This document shows, piece after piece, positions 38,315-51,823 of a stretch of 64,000 nt of DNA. The stretch is from an uncultured Erysipelotrichaceae bacterium. GTDB taxonomy: Bacteria; Bacillota_I; Bacilli_A; RFN20; CAG-826. The number at the start of each line of letters is the position of its first letter. Position 1 is the first letter of the stretch. The notes beneath the pieces are model-generated. The model ran no database searches. It had not been told where the DNA came from and saw only the letters and a program-made list of their open reading frames with translations. Made by a program: the position numbers and the translations under genes. The stretch lies in contig CACWSI010000001.1 in the NCBI GenBank assembly GCA_902763555.1, positions 7,215 through 71,214 on the forward strand, in the 5' to 3' direction.

Positions 38315-38857
38315 ATGTCATTGCCAGTATTTAACGCCATTGACGATATTATTGAACAGATGCAAACGATTCCTGGTAAATTAGTGCCAGATTGGTTTTC
38401 TCTTGTCATTCAATTATCTTCTTTTATCATCCTTTTACTTGTTGTATTCTTCGTGGCCTATAAGCCAGTGAAAAAGATGCTCCAAAAAAGAGCAGACTTT
38501 ATCCAAGAAGAAATCCAACAAGCACAAAAGAGTCACGCTGAAGCCGTGGAACAAACTAAAGAAGCCAAGAAAATTCTTAGCGATTCCAAAGCGGAAGCAA
38601 GCTTAATCATTGCTAACGCCACTAAAAAAGGTGAAGAAAAATATGAAGCAATGGTTTTAGAAGCTAAAGAAGAAGTTAAAGAGATGAAACTCGCCGCTCA
38701 AGATGATATTGAGCAAGCCCGAGTGGACGCTCTTAACGACATTAGAAATGAGATGGTTAACGTTGCGTTAAGCGCCTCAAAAGAAATCTTAAAACGCGAA
38801 GTTGATAACGAAGATAACGCTCGCCTCGCGGAAGATTTTATCAATCGTTTAAATTAA
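38315..38857 (+). CDS. atpF: F0F1 ATP synthase subunit b
   Basis: Single N-terminal TM helix plus a long charged coiled coil, in operon position. Confidence 0.88.
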   Translation: MSLPVFNAIDDIIEQMQTIPGKLVPDWFSLVIQLSSFIILLLVVFFVAYKPVKKMLQKRADFIQEEIQQAQKSHAEAVEQTKEAKKILSDSKAEASLIIANATKKGEEKYEAMVLEAKEEVKEMKLAAQDDIEQARVDALNDIRNEMVNVALSASKEILKREVDNEDNARLAEDFINRLN

Positions 38858-38865
38858 TTTAATCT

Positions 38866-39402
38866 ATGAATCAAATAGCCCAAACATACGCTGAAGCATT
38901 ATTCTCTTTAGGCTTAGAAGAAAAGAAACTCACTAAGCTACAAGGTGAAGGAAAAGCATTATCAGAAATCATTCATGATAATGAAGACTTTTTATTGCTT
39001 ATAGATTCACGCTTTATGAGTCGTGAAGAAAGACAAGATATTGCTTCTAAAATCTTGAAAGATTTTGATGAAGATATAGTTAACTTTGTGAAGGTATTAA
39101 TCGCTAATAACCGCACTAACTATATTAAAGATGTCTTAGAAGCGTTTAATTCCTTATGTAATGAATATAAGGGAGTGAAAGAAGGGCTTATCTATTCAGC
39201 GTTTCCTCTTAATAAAGAAACTATTAACAAAATCAAAAACAAAATCAGTCAAATCGAAGGAATGGATGTTGAACTTATCTCCCGTATTGATCCAAGTTTA
39301 ATTGGTGGGGTGAAAGTCGTCATCAATTCTCATGTCTATGATGGCTCAATTAAAAACCAACTTGAAAAAATGCAAATTGACCTTCTAGGAAAGGAGCTTT
39401 AA
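38866..39402 (+). CDS. atpH: F0F1 ATP synthase subunit delta
   Basis: OSCP-like YAEALFSL start and IGGVKV near the C-terminus, in operon position. Confidence 0.88.
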   Translation: MNQIAQTYAEALFSLGLEEKKLTKLQGEGKALSEIIHDNEDFLLLIDSRFMSREERQDIASKILKDFDEDIVNFVKVLIANNRTNYIKDVLEAFNSLCNEYKGVKEGLIYSAFPLNKETINKIKNKISQIEGMDVELISRIDPSLIGGVKVVINSHVYDGSIKNQLEKMQIDLLGKEL

Positions 39403-40911
<1,509 letters not shown>

Positions 40912-40917
40912 TAGTGT

Positions 40918-43563
<2,646 letters not shown>

Positions 43564-43574
43564 GAGGAACTATT

Positions 43575-44138
43575 ATGCATTCATGGCATGATGTAAAAAT
43601 CTCTAGAGTAACCCCAAGTGACTTTTTAGCGGTCATTGAAATATCTAAAGGTAGTAAAAATAAATATGAACTTGATAAAGAAACAGGTCATCTAATTTTA
43701 GACCGTGTTCTTTTCACCAGCACTCACTACCCACAAAATTATGGTTTTATTCCACGTACTTTCGCGGATGACTATGACCCACTTGATGTCTTAGTCCTTT
43801 GTAGTGAACCAATTATTCCAATGTCACTCGTAGAGTGCACACCAATTGGTGTTCTTATCATGACGGATAATGGTTTAAACGACGAAAAGATTATCGCTGT
43901 TGCTAAAAACGATCCATTCTATAACGGCTATAACGATATTAGTGAAATCCCTTCTCACATCATGGATGAAATCAAACACTTCTTTATGGTCTATAAATCC
44001 TTAGAAGGTAAAGATACTTCAGTAGAAGTATTTAAAGATAGAAAAGCCGCGGAAGAAATTATCCAACGTAGCTTAGATAAATATCATCACGATATCGAAC
44101 CACGTATTACCGCGGAAAGAAAAGCCAGAGGCTATTAA
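43575..44138 (+). CDS. ppa: inorganic pyrophosphatase, family I
   Basis: EISKGSKNKYELDK, YPQNYGFIP and DPLDVLVL motifs. Confidence 0.93.
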   Translation: MHSWHDVKISRVTPSDFLAVIEISKGSKNKYELDKETGHLILDRVLFTSTHYPQNYGFIPRTFADDYDPLDVLVLCSEPIIPMSLVECTPIGVLIMTDNGLNDEKIIAVAKNDPFYNGYNDISEIPSHIMDEIKHFFMVYKSLEGKDTSVEVFKDRKAAEEIIQRSLDKYHHDIEPRITAERKARGY

Positions 44139-44650
44139 TGCTTCATATCGTCTTATATCGTCCAGAAAAGCCGCAGAATACTGGTAACATTATGCGTACA
44201 TGTGTCGCTATTCACGCCACATTACACATCATTGGGCCAATTACTTTTTCTATTGACTCTAAAGACCTCAAAAGAGTGGGCATGGATTATATTGATGATT
44301 TAAAAATGCACTTTTATAAAGACTATGAAACTTTTGTAAAAGAAAATCCTAACGCTGATACATATTATGTGACTAGATACGCAAAAACTGTTTATTCAAC
44401 ATATGATTTATCTAATCCTTCCAGAAATATCTATTTAATGTTTGGAAGAGAATCAACTGGCATACCTCATGATATCTTAAAAATGCATGAAGATAGATTA
44501 ATGCGTATACCAATGGTCCCTGAAGCAAGAAGCCTAAATCTATCTAACTGTGTTGCTTTAGTGGCCTATGAAGTTCTTAGACAACAAAAATTCCCTGACT
44601 TAGCGACAGAGGAAGCGATTAAAGGACCAGATTTCTTATTTAAGGATTAA
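44138..44650 (+). CDS. trmL: tRNA (cytidine/uridine-34 2'-O)-methyltransferase TrmL (SpoU family)
   Basis: Near-colinear with E. coli TrmL: IVLYRPEKPQNTGNIMRTC ... MFGRESTGIP ... RIPMVPEARSLNLSNCVALVAYE. Confidence 0.9.
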   Translation: MLHIVLYRPEKPQNTGNIMRTCVAIHATLHIIGPITFSIDSKDLKRVGMDYIDDLKMHFYKDYETFVKENPNADTYYVTRYAKTVYSTYDLSNPSRNIYLMFGRESTGIPHDILKMHEDRLMRIPMVPEARSLNLSNCVALVAYEVLRQQKFPDLATEEAIKGPDFLFKD

Positions 44651-46020
44651 TAGTCTTGTTTATTAGAAAGTAATGCGATTGTTTCTTCTCTTACTTTATT
44701 CAAAGTAATCGTGGAATAGTTAAGTAAATTAGCCTCGCCTAAAGCGTGGCCTTTTTTAACATTCTTCATGTTGGTGATCATAATATCGCCCGCTGTTTTG
44801 TTAGAGAGGATTAAACAGAGTTCCGCGGCCACTAATTTAACTGCGTTACTTGGATTAGGATTATGAATAATAACATGAGCGCCATGATAATCCTTGATAT
44901 GTAAATACCAGTCCTCTTTATTAGCGATTTTAAAAGTTAATTCGTTATTGCTAGAAGCATTCTTACCAAAAGAAATCTTCACATTATCATAAATGATATA
45001 TGAGCATCTAATTGGTAATAATTTTTTCTTTAAATGCTGTTTAGGAAGTAGTTCTTGGCTTAAAGAGAATAATTCTTCATCATCCATATATTGAGAGCTC
45101 ACTAATAAGTAGGAAAGATATTCTTCCTCTTCTTTAGCTTTATTAATTTCTAATTCCGCCATCTCAATCGTGCGTTTGCTCTTTTTGTATTTCTTAAACA
45201 TCGCATTCGCGTTTTCAACGATGCTCTTAGATTCATCTAGTTTAATATTGTTATCTTTAAGATATTCATCTAATAATTCTTTATCAGATTGGAACGCTAA
45301 TAAGTAGTTACCATGATCAGCATCGTTTAGATGTTCTTTCGCGGATTCTATTTCACCTCTTAAAACAACGCTCTTTTTATCAAGTGATTTAATACGACTT
45401 TTAATATAACGATATAGTGGTGTGAACTTTTCTTTCTTATGCACTTGTAAGGCATTTTCATAATAATTCACAGCTTGTTTTTTAATATCTTGCAAAGAAG
45501 GAACTTCATTTTCTTCTTTTAATACACCTTTATTAGGATATTCATAACTTAAACCATTTAATATCGGTCTAGCGCTTGTCACACTTGCGTAATGTAAAGC
45601 ATGGATAATCTTGTCTTCTTCATTTACAAATAAGAGATTAGCTCTTTGAGGAATACATTCTAAATATAAATGAGTAACGACTTTCTCATAGTAGTCATTA
45701 GCCTTTTGAATAACGAATTCCACAATACGGTCATCATTATTCAAATTAACATCTACGATATAGGCATCCTTTAAGAATTTTCTTAAAGACTCATTTAAAT
45801 TACCCATAATCGTGGGTTCTACTTTTTTAACATTAATTAAGGCTAAAAATGGATGTTGATGATTAAGAGAAATAAGTAACTTTTCATCTTTAATCATTGA
45901 TAGTGTGCATAAGAAATCATGAGAGTTAATCACTGTAATGTTATTGATTCTACAACCAATGATTTTCCTTCTTAATTCATCAATGACTTTCTTAAATGCA
46001 GTGTAAGAATAGTAGTTCAT
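44647..46020 (-). CDS. rqcH: NFACT-family protein (FbpA/RqcH-like ribosome quality-control factor), short form
   Basis: N-terminal NFACT-N-like region, central coiled coil, and C-terminal NFACT-R/DUF814 motif WYLHIKDYHGAHVII. Confidence 0.7.
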   Translation of the reverse strand: MNYYSYTAFKKVIDELRRKIIGCRINNITVINSHDFLCTLSMIKDEKLLISLNHQHPFLALINVKKVEPTIMGNLNESLRKFLKDAYIVDVNLNNDDRIVEFVIQKANDYYEKVVTHLYLECIPQRANLLFVNEEDKIIHALHYASVTSARPILNGLSYEYPNKGVLKEENEVPSLQDIKKQAVNYYENALQVHKKEKFTPLYRYIKSRIKSLDKKSVVLRGEIESAKEHLNDADHGNYLLAFQSDKELLDEYLKDNNIKLDESKSIVENANAMFKKYKKSKRTIEMAELEINKAKEEEEYLSYLLVSSQYMDDEELFSLSQELLPKQHLKKKLLPIRCSYIIYDNVKISFGKNASSNNELTFKIANKEDWYLHIKDYHGAHVIIHNPNPSNAVKLVAAELCLILSNKTAGDIMITNMKNVKKGHALGEANLLNYSTITLNKVREETIALLSNKQDY

Positions 46021-46124
46021 ACCTACAGTTAGTTTAACAAATTAATTGACATTAAACATCGTCTTTTTATTTCTCCTTCAAAATAATATAAAGATGATAT
46101 ATCTTATTTATAAGGAGACCTAAT

Positions 46125-49100
46125 ATGTCATTTAGCTTTGCGAGCTATTGTTTTGACAAATACAAAAAGTTTTTGACTCATAATTACAAAGACTACTCCT
46201 TTAATATCGATTTAAAATTTGGAAAATTATATCTAACTAGAAAGCTATTTGCTCTTCCTGGCAAGTATCTTCCAATTGATTTATCTTTTAAATATATTGA
46301 AGCGCATACTACTTCTACACAGACTCTTCATCAAAAGACAGGGCTACCAATAGGTGTTAAAACCAATTATCATCTTTTCTTGGAATATAACACCACGTAC
46401 GGACAATATTGGTTAGAAGATGCTGACGGCTTTTTACATGTCTTCAAATTAGCGGATAACTCGACTACTCTTTATTTTGATAAAAAAGGCTCTGGCCTCA
46501 TGATGGAAATCTTGACCGGTGGTGGTTATAAAGTCTTTGATGATTATAAAAACTATCAAATATTTGATTCTAATGGCCGTTTAATTCTTATTCATCAGCA
46601 TATAGCGAATGACCATTATGCGGAATTAACCATTTCTTATATGGCTAACTATCCAGCGGACTCTCTTCGTATCTATTCAATTACTGATAACTACAACAAT
46701 ATAGTTTATTTTTCATATACCGCTAGTGGTGTACAAATCTCCTATAACAATAATGTTGTTGCCACTATATCTTATGATAACGATATGTATTTAACTGAAG
46801 TAACCAAGAATATTGGTGATAATCATATCATTACTGAGACTTTTGACTGCGACCCTTTGCTCCACACAATAACACTAGATGATGGTGAGACTTTTTCTTT
46901 AAATTACTATGATGATAAAGTTTCCTATCTTATCTCTTCGATTAATCATTGCCGTTATGCGTTTGATTATTCCCTTGGAGAGAACAAGGTAAGAGTTAAC
47001 GATTCAGGCGGCGTTAACACTTTTTATGACTTAAACCAAGAACAATCATATAATCGATTTTCATATGGTAATACAAACCTTAGCTATCAAACGCTTAGTT
47101 CAGAACATTTATCTTGTTTAGTTAAAGAAGCAAACGATGATGAAGTATTAGAGTTTGTTTTAGATAATAGTGGACAAACCCCGTCTTACATTTATGACAT
47201 GGCTTATTACGAAAACTATTATCAAACCCCGTCTAGTTCAAATGCTAACTTAGAATCAAAGAAAGCTTATTTGTTCTGTGCTAAGATAAGTGGCACAATG
47301 GCGGTGGATGATACTTTCACCATTGAGCTAAAAGATGATGATGGTAATTTATTGTCCCGTCTTATCTATGAAAGAGGAACCACCTTTTTAGCGGCCCCAA
47401 TTGGCATTAAAGAATCAACACAGCGAAGCTTTTACCTAAACTTTTTAAAACCATTTTCTAATTCCATGACTGTTTTTGAGGCTAAAATAGTCCCGCTTAT
47501 TGGTAGTTTTGAAATGTTTTGTTCAAATATCTCCACAGATGAACCAATTTTCTTCTATGGTGATACTCCATATTACCTATTAACTAGTGGAAAAGGTGTC
47601 TATTTAAATAACGGCAATACACTTTATGATTATCGTTTATCTATGAATGATTATCTTATTAATGAAAGATTACTCTATATCAGTGATACTTCCACCCATT
47701 ATTGGTTTAATGATCAAAAAGGACTCGCGGATAATATTTCATCTTTAAGCATCAAAGAAACACAATATATGAATATGCTTTTTTCTTCTAATCCAAAGTC
47801 TATTAAGCACAGCTATATGTATCCTGCTCCTGATGCATTGTTCTATAGAATTAGCGGTAAAGATGATTGCTCATTAAAAATCACTAAAATCTCCCATAAT
47901 AGTGCTTCTTTTCCAACTGGACACACAAATTACCACTATGAAGAAGAAACGACTGAATACTTAGCAACTACTTCTGGTCATGCCTCTATATATGATTATG
48001 ATGATAACTACCTACTTCAAAAAGTGACTAGTGACGATACAAACGAAAACTATTCTTATGATTCAAATGGCAATCTTATCGAAACTGAAACTAGCAATAA
48101 CTTAAATAACGACACAATTAGTGAGCAGTTTACCTACGATACAAAAGATAATGTCATTAGTGAATCAAAACTAGTGGGAGACACTGTTTTCACTTCAACA
48201 TATTCTTATGATTCAACCAATAAACATAGTGAGACAAATTATCCAAATTTATTAACTGAAACTCATTTCTTTGACTCTATAACAAAAGAAAGAGAAACAG
48301 GCATTAGATTTAGTAGTAGTGACTCCCTTTATATCGAACAAAATAATAATTACATCGCTGAAGACACTTATTCTTTATCAACTGATGGGAATACTCATCT
48401 TATTGGTTCATATCATGGTGAAGTCTGCGCAATAGAATATAACAATAACCAAACATTAGAAATTGAATATGTACCAAACATCCATCAAGACATCGTCATG
48501 AATTATAGTTATTGTTATCGCTTTGCTAATGGATATGAATATTATGATGAATACGATAATTTTAGAAGAATCATCTCTAGTGATGGTGTTACCTACGATT
48601 ACGATGATTATAATAATGTCACATCAATAACTGACCCATTCGTGCAAGAAATTGATCCAAATAACGATCCAGACATAACTTATGAATATGATTACTATGA
48701 CCAATTAGTGGCAACCTCTATTGCGTATAATAACTTATCAATGACCTATCAATACGATAAATATCATCGTTTAATAAGTACTTCTTCGTTGTACGATACT
48801 TCTTTTGAATACCATGATACCGAAGACATGGAAAAAGTTATCAAAAAGACTTTGATAGAAGATGGTTCAGAATCTTTAGTTATTGAAGATGAAGTCGATG
48901 CTTTTAAGCGCCTAACAAAAAGGTCTATTGGTATCAATAATAAATATTCCTATGTTCAATATGAGTATTATCATGGTGATTTAGATAATAGTAGAACTAA
49001 TAAACTCATTAAAAAAGCTTCCTACTATAATATCATCAATCATCTGCCTTTCTTGGAACGAATTGATGAATATGAATACGATAGTGTTGGTAACATTAAT

Positions 49101-50468
49101 AAAATCACAACGACTGTTGGTCAAACCACCCATACTATTAATTATTATTACGATAAATATTCAAGACTTATCAAAGAAGAAAACGAATGGTTCAATAAAG
49201 CTTATCAATATAGTTATGATGATAAAGGAAATATTATTAAGATTAGTAGTTCAGACTATCCTCAAACTGGTCCTATCTTTCCATTTAACCCATTTGTCAT
49301 TAATACGCATTTTTACGACAGCACCTATCCTGATAGATTAATTAGATTCGTGCTTGATAGTTTAGCATATGATAATTATGGTAACCCAATTACTTATGGT
49401 GATAAGACTTTAACTTGGACCAGAGGAACTTTGCTCTCGTCTATTACTGAAGGTAACAATACTATTTCCTTTAATTATGATGGCTTTAAAGAAAGAATAA
49501 GGAAAACCGTCAACAACACCGTTACTACCTATAAATACATTGATAATCGCTTATTAGTGGAAAATCGTAATGGATATGCAATCAGATACTACTATTCACA
49601 TGCTGGTGTCATTGGCTTTGAATATGACGATGATATCTATATTTATGAAAAGAATATCCAACAAGATGTTATAGCAATCAGAAACTCAAGCAATCAAATC
49701 GTTGCTAGATACATCTATGATGCATGGGGCAATCACAAAGTATTGAATCCTAATAATACTCAAAATACTAGTAGTAGTTTTATTGGTAACATCAATCCAA
49801 TTAGATATCGTTCCTATTATTATGATGCTGATTTAAAGATGTATTGGCTTACTTCTAGATACTATGATCCAAGAATTGCCAGATTCATTTCTCCTGATTC
49901 TTGGGAATATCTAAATTACAAAAAACTTCACAGCCTTAATCTTTATGCTTATAGCAAAAATAATCCAGTGATGTATTATGATCCGAGCGGGCATAGCATA
50001 ATAGCTTTATTTTTAGGCATAGTAGCCGTTTTATCAGCGGTTGCGCTTGCTATTGGAGTGTCGAATTATGGAAAGATACTATACGAAAAATCTCAATCAA
50101 ACTCAGATAGCGCCGACAAAAATCCGATATTGGATGCGTCTGATTCTAATAATTATCCGCAAACAAAGCAATTTGACAATAGATTCACGGTTCATTATTT
50201 GATAACTGCCGGTTCGGATAATGCCCATTACTCATTAAAAGTGTATGACTCTTGGCGGTACTCAAAAGAAGAGATTATTGAATTTTTAACTTATCTAGCT
50301 GATTTGTACCCATCGATAAACATTGACAGAATGATGAATGAATGGATCTGGCACAATATTGCGTATACTGAGGGAATTGGTATCTCATCCTCAAAGGACG
50401 TGGATGTTTATTTCAACGCCCCTGACAAATACTATTGGTTTATATTTGATTTTTTGAGGTTTTGGTGA
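46125..50468 (+). CDS. Rhs/YD-repeat polymorphic toxin with unrecognised 157-aa C-terminal tip
   Basis: Many YD repeats (YSYDSNGNLIE, FTYDTKDNVI, YEYDSVGNINKI, YSYDDKGNIIKI, AYDNYGNPITY). Canonical Rhs core end RYYDPRIARFISPDS...LYAYSKNNPVMYYDPSGH, with DPSGH at 49980-49994. AAGGAGA SD upstream. Confidence 0.92.
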   Translation: MSFSFASYCFDKYKKFLTHNYKDYSFNIDLKFGKLYLTRKLFALPGKYLPIDLSFKYIEAHTTSTQTLHQKTGLPIGVKTNYHLFLEYNTTYGQYWLEDADGFLHVFKLADNSTTLYFDKKGSGLMMEILTGGGYKVFDDYKNYQIFDSNGRLILIHQHIANDHYAELTISYMANYPADSLRIYSITDNYNNIVYFSYTASGVQISYNNNVVATISYDNDMYLTEVTKNIGDNHIITETFDCDPLLHTITLDDGETFSLNYYDDKVSYLISSINHCRYAFDYSLGENKVRVNDSGGVNTFYDLNQEQSYNRFSYGNTNLSYQTLSSEHLSCLVKEANDDEVLEFVLDNSGQTPSYIYDMAYYENYYQTPSSSNANLESKKAYLFCAKISGTMAVDDTFTIELKDDDGNLLSRLIYERGTTFLAAPIGIKESTQRSFYLNFLKPFSNSMTVFEAKIVPLIGSFEMFCSNISTDEPIFFYGDTPYYLLTSGKGVYLNNGNTLYDYRLSMNDYLINERLLYISDTSTHYWFNDQKGLADNISSLSIKETQYMNMLFSSNPKSIKHSYMYPAPDALFYRISGKDDCSLKITKISHNSASFPTGHTNYHYEEETTEYLATTSGHASIYDYDDNYLLQKVTSDDTNENYSYDSNGNLIETETSNNLNNDTISEQFTYDTKDNVISESKLVGDTVFTSTYSYDSTNKHSETNYPNLLTETHFFDSITKERETGIRFSSSDSLYIEQNNNYIAEDTYSLSTDGNTHLIGSYHGEVCAIEYNNNQTLEIEYVPNIHQDIVMNYSYCYRFANGYEYYDEYDNFRRIISSDGVTYDYDDYNNVTSITDPFVQEIDPNNDPDITYEYDYYDQLVATSIAYNNLSMTYQYDKYHRLISTSSLYDTSFEYHDTEDMEKVIKKTLIEDGSESLVIEDEVDAFKRLTKRSIGINNKYSYVQYEYYHGDLDNSRTNKLIKKASYYNIINHLPFLERIDEYEYDSVGNINKITTTVGQTTHTINYYYDKYSRLIKEENEWFNKAYQYSYDDKGNIIKISSSDYPQTGPIFPFNPFVINTHFYDSTYPDRLIRFVLDSLAYDNYGNPITYGDKTLTWTRGTLLSSITEGNNTISFNYDGFKERIRKTVNNTVTTYKYIDNRLLVENRNGYAIRYYYSHAGVIGFEYDDDIYIYEKNIQQDVIAIRNSSNQIVARYIYDAWGNHKVLNPNNTQNTSSSFIGNINPIRYRSYYYDADLKMYWLTSRYYDPRIARFISPDSWEYLNYKKLHSLNLYAYSKNNPVMYYDPSGHSIIALFLGIVAVLSAVALAIGVSNYGKILYEKSQSNSDSADKNPILDASDSNNYPQTKQFDNRFTVHYLITAGSDNAHYSLKVYDSWRYSKEEIIEFLTYLADLYPSINIDRMMNEWIWHNIAYTEGIGISSSKDVDVYFNAPDKYYWFIFDFLRFW

Positions 50469-51610
50469 TGAATACAAGGTTTAAAAGAGTGTTAACGATA
50501 TCAATTGTCTTATCGATAGTTTCGCTTTTTGTTTTTGTGTGCTGCTTCTATTTGATACCTACAAAGTATCACAAGGCATTTTTACTGAAACAAACTGACG
50601 TTGTTTTTCAAGCTGAAAACGGCAGCACTGTTTTTTCACTTAGAGGATCGGAATATCCCAGAAGTTATAATTTTGAAAAGAAAAATCATTTCGAGATGGT
50701 TTTGTTCGAAGTTGATGGCAATCGCATGAATTGTAATCAAATTACAAGCAACGAAGATTATATTTTTGCGGCACTTGAAAACGGCAAGGCTTATAATCCT
50801 ACGGGATATATAAATGTATATGATGTGGATTTAAATTTAATAAAAACAATAAACTTTGGTGAATATAATGAGGTTGCTGGGCTAGTTTCTAATGGTAATT
50901 GTTTGTATTATATCATTCGTAATTGGAAGAGTTCCAACTCTAGTCTTTACAAGTACTATATTGAAAGCGATAAGCATATTTTGCTAAAAGACGACTTAAA
51001 CGGAGCGAACTATTATAATGATGAAGACAGACATTTATTTTTTGACAGTTTAGGAAAATTACATATCTCGAGAGAAAAAACACAACTGATGTTGGCGCAT
51101 GATTCAGATGGCTATTATTGCATGACAGATGGCATTGTTTCAATAAAGCTGAAAAACAAAAAACTGACCATTTTTGATGGAACTGCCAAAAAAGTATTTG
51201 ATGCTAAATCTTGCGATTTACTTTATGATAAAGCCTATATCATTGGAGATAATCTTATTTTTGCAGCCTACCGCAATGTAAAAAAACAAAATTGTGCAAC
51301 ATTGCAAAATGAAAAAGGTTTTTGCTTATGCGGAATGAAGGAATCGTACTTATATTGCTATGATATGAAAAATATGCAATTGAACGTCAAACAAACCTTT
51401 AGAACAGGGACTTATTTAATTGATTATGATTTGAACAATGTAGAGTATTATTATGATGGCACCCTTTACATTAATGATACTTTGGTAAGGAAATGTGAAA
51501 CTATTGAAGCTAAAGAATATGTGCTTAAGCCACGTTTGAGCTTAGCAGATACTATTCCTTCGATTATTTATTACTTAAGTTTTTATAATGGTGCTATTTA
51601 TGGCATTTGA
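50468..51610 (+). CDS. membrane-anchored repeat (beta-propeller-like) protein; candidate cognate immunity protein
   Basis: ATG 50468 overlaps the Rhs stop (TGATG), with GAGG 8-9 nt upstream. N-terminal signal-anchor VLTISIVLSIVSLFVFVCCFYLI. Recurrent LYY/IFAA strand-like motifs. Confidence 0.6.
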   Translation: MNTRFKRVLTISIVLSIVSLFVFVCCFYLIPTKYHKAFLLKQTDVVFQAENGSTVFSLRGSEYPRSYNFEKKNHFEMVLFEVDGNRMNCNQITSNEDYIFAALENGKAYNPTGYINVYDVDLNLIKTINFGEYNEVAGLVSNGNCLYYIIRNWKSSNSSLYKYYIESDKHILLKDDLNGANYYNDEDRHLFFDSLGKLHISREKTQLMLAHDSDGYYCMTDGIVSIKLKNKKLTIFDGTAKKVFDAKSCDLLYDKAYIIGDNLIFAAYRNVKKQNCATLQNEKGFCLCGMKESYLYCYDMKNMQLNVKQTFRTGTYLIDYDLNNVEYYYDGTLYINDTLVRKCETIEAKEYVLKPRLSLADTIPSIIYYLSFYNGAIYGI

Positions 51611-51794
51611 TTTGTTGCGATAGCATTACACTGAGCCCATTTGCGAACAAATGTCTTAGATAAGCAGTGAAAACCGGCATACACTTAATATCATTGATTT
51701 AAGTTGTTAAATTATATAAGCGTGAGATTATTATGCTCCATCCTTTTTATATATACTTTTGACGCAAAGATGCATAGCGTAAGACAAAGAAATG

Positions 51795-51823
51795 TTGAAT
51801 ATCTTATTAATAACCATTAAAAT
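51795..51823 (+). promoter_or_regulatory. putative gmk operon promoter (near-leaderless)
   Basis: TTGAAT, 17 nt, TAAAAT. The hexamer ends 10 nt before the A of ATG 51833, with no SD. Confidence 0.5.

Noticed and set aside
44647-46020. RqcH/FbpA homologue considered a pseudogene, because it has 457 aa where typical homologues have about 570 aa.
   Set aside because: There is no frameshift or internal stop, and both NFACT-N-like and NFACT-R (DUF814) parts are present. The shorter coiled-coil middle is compatible with a reduced-genome lineage.
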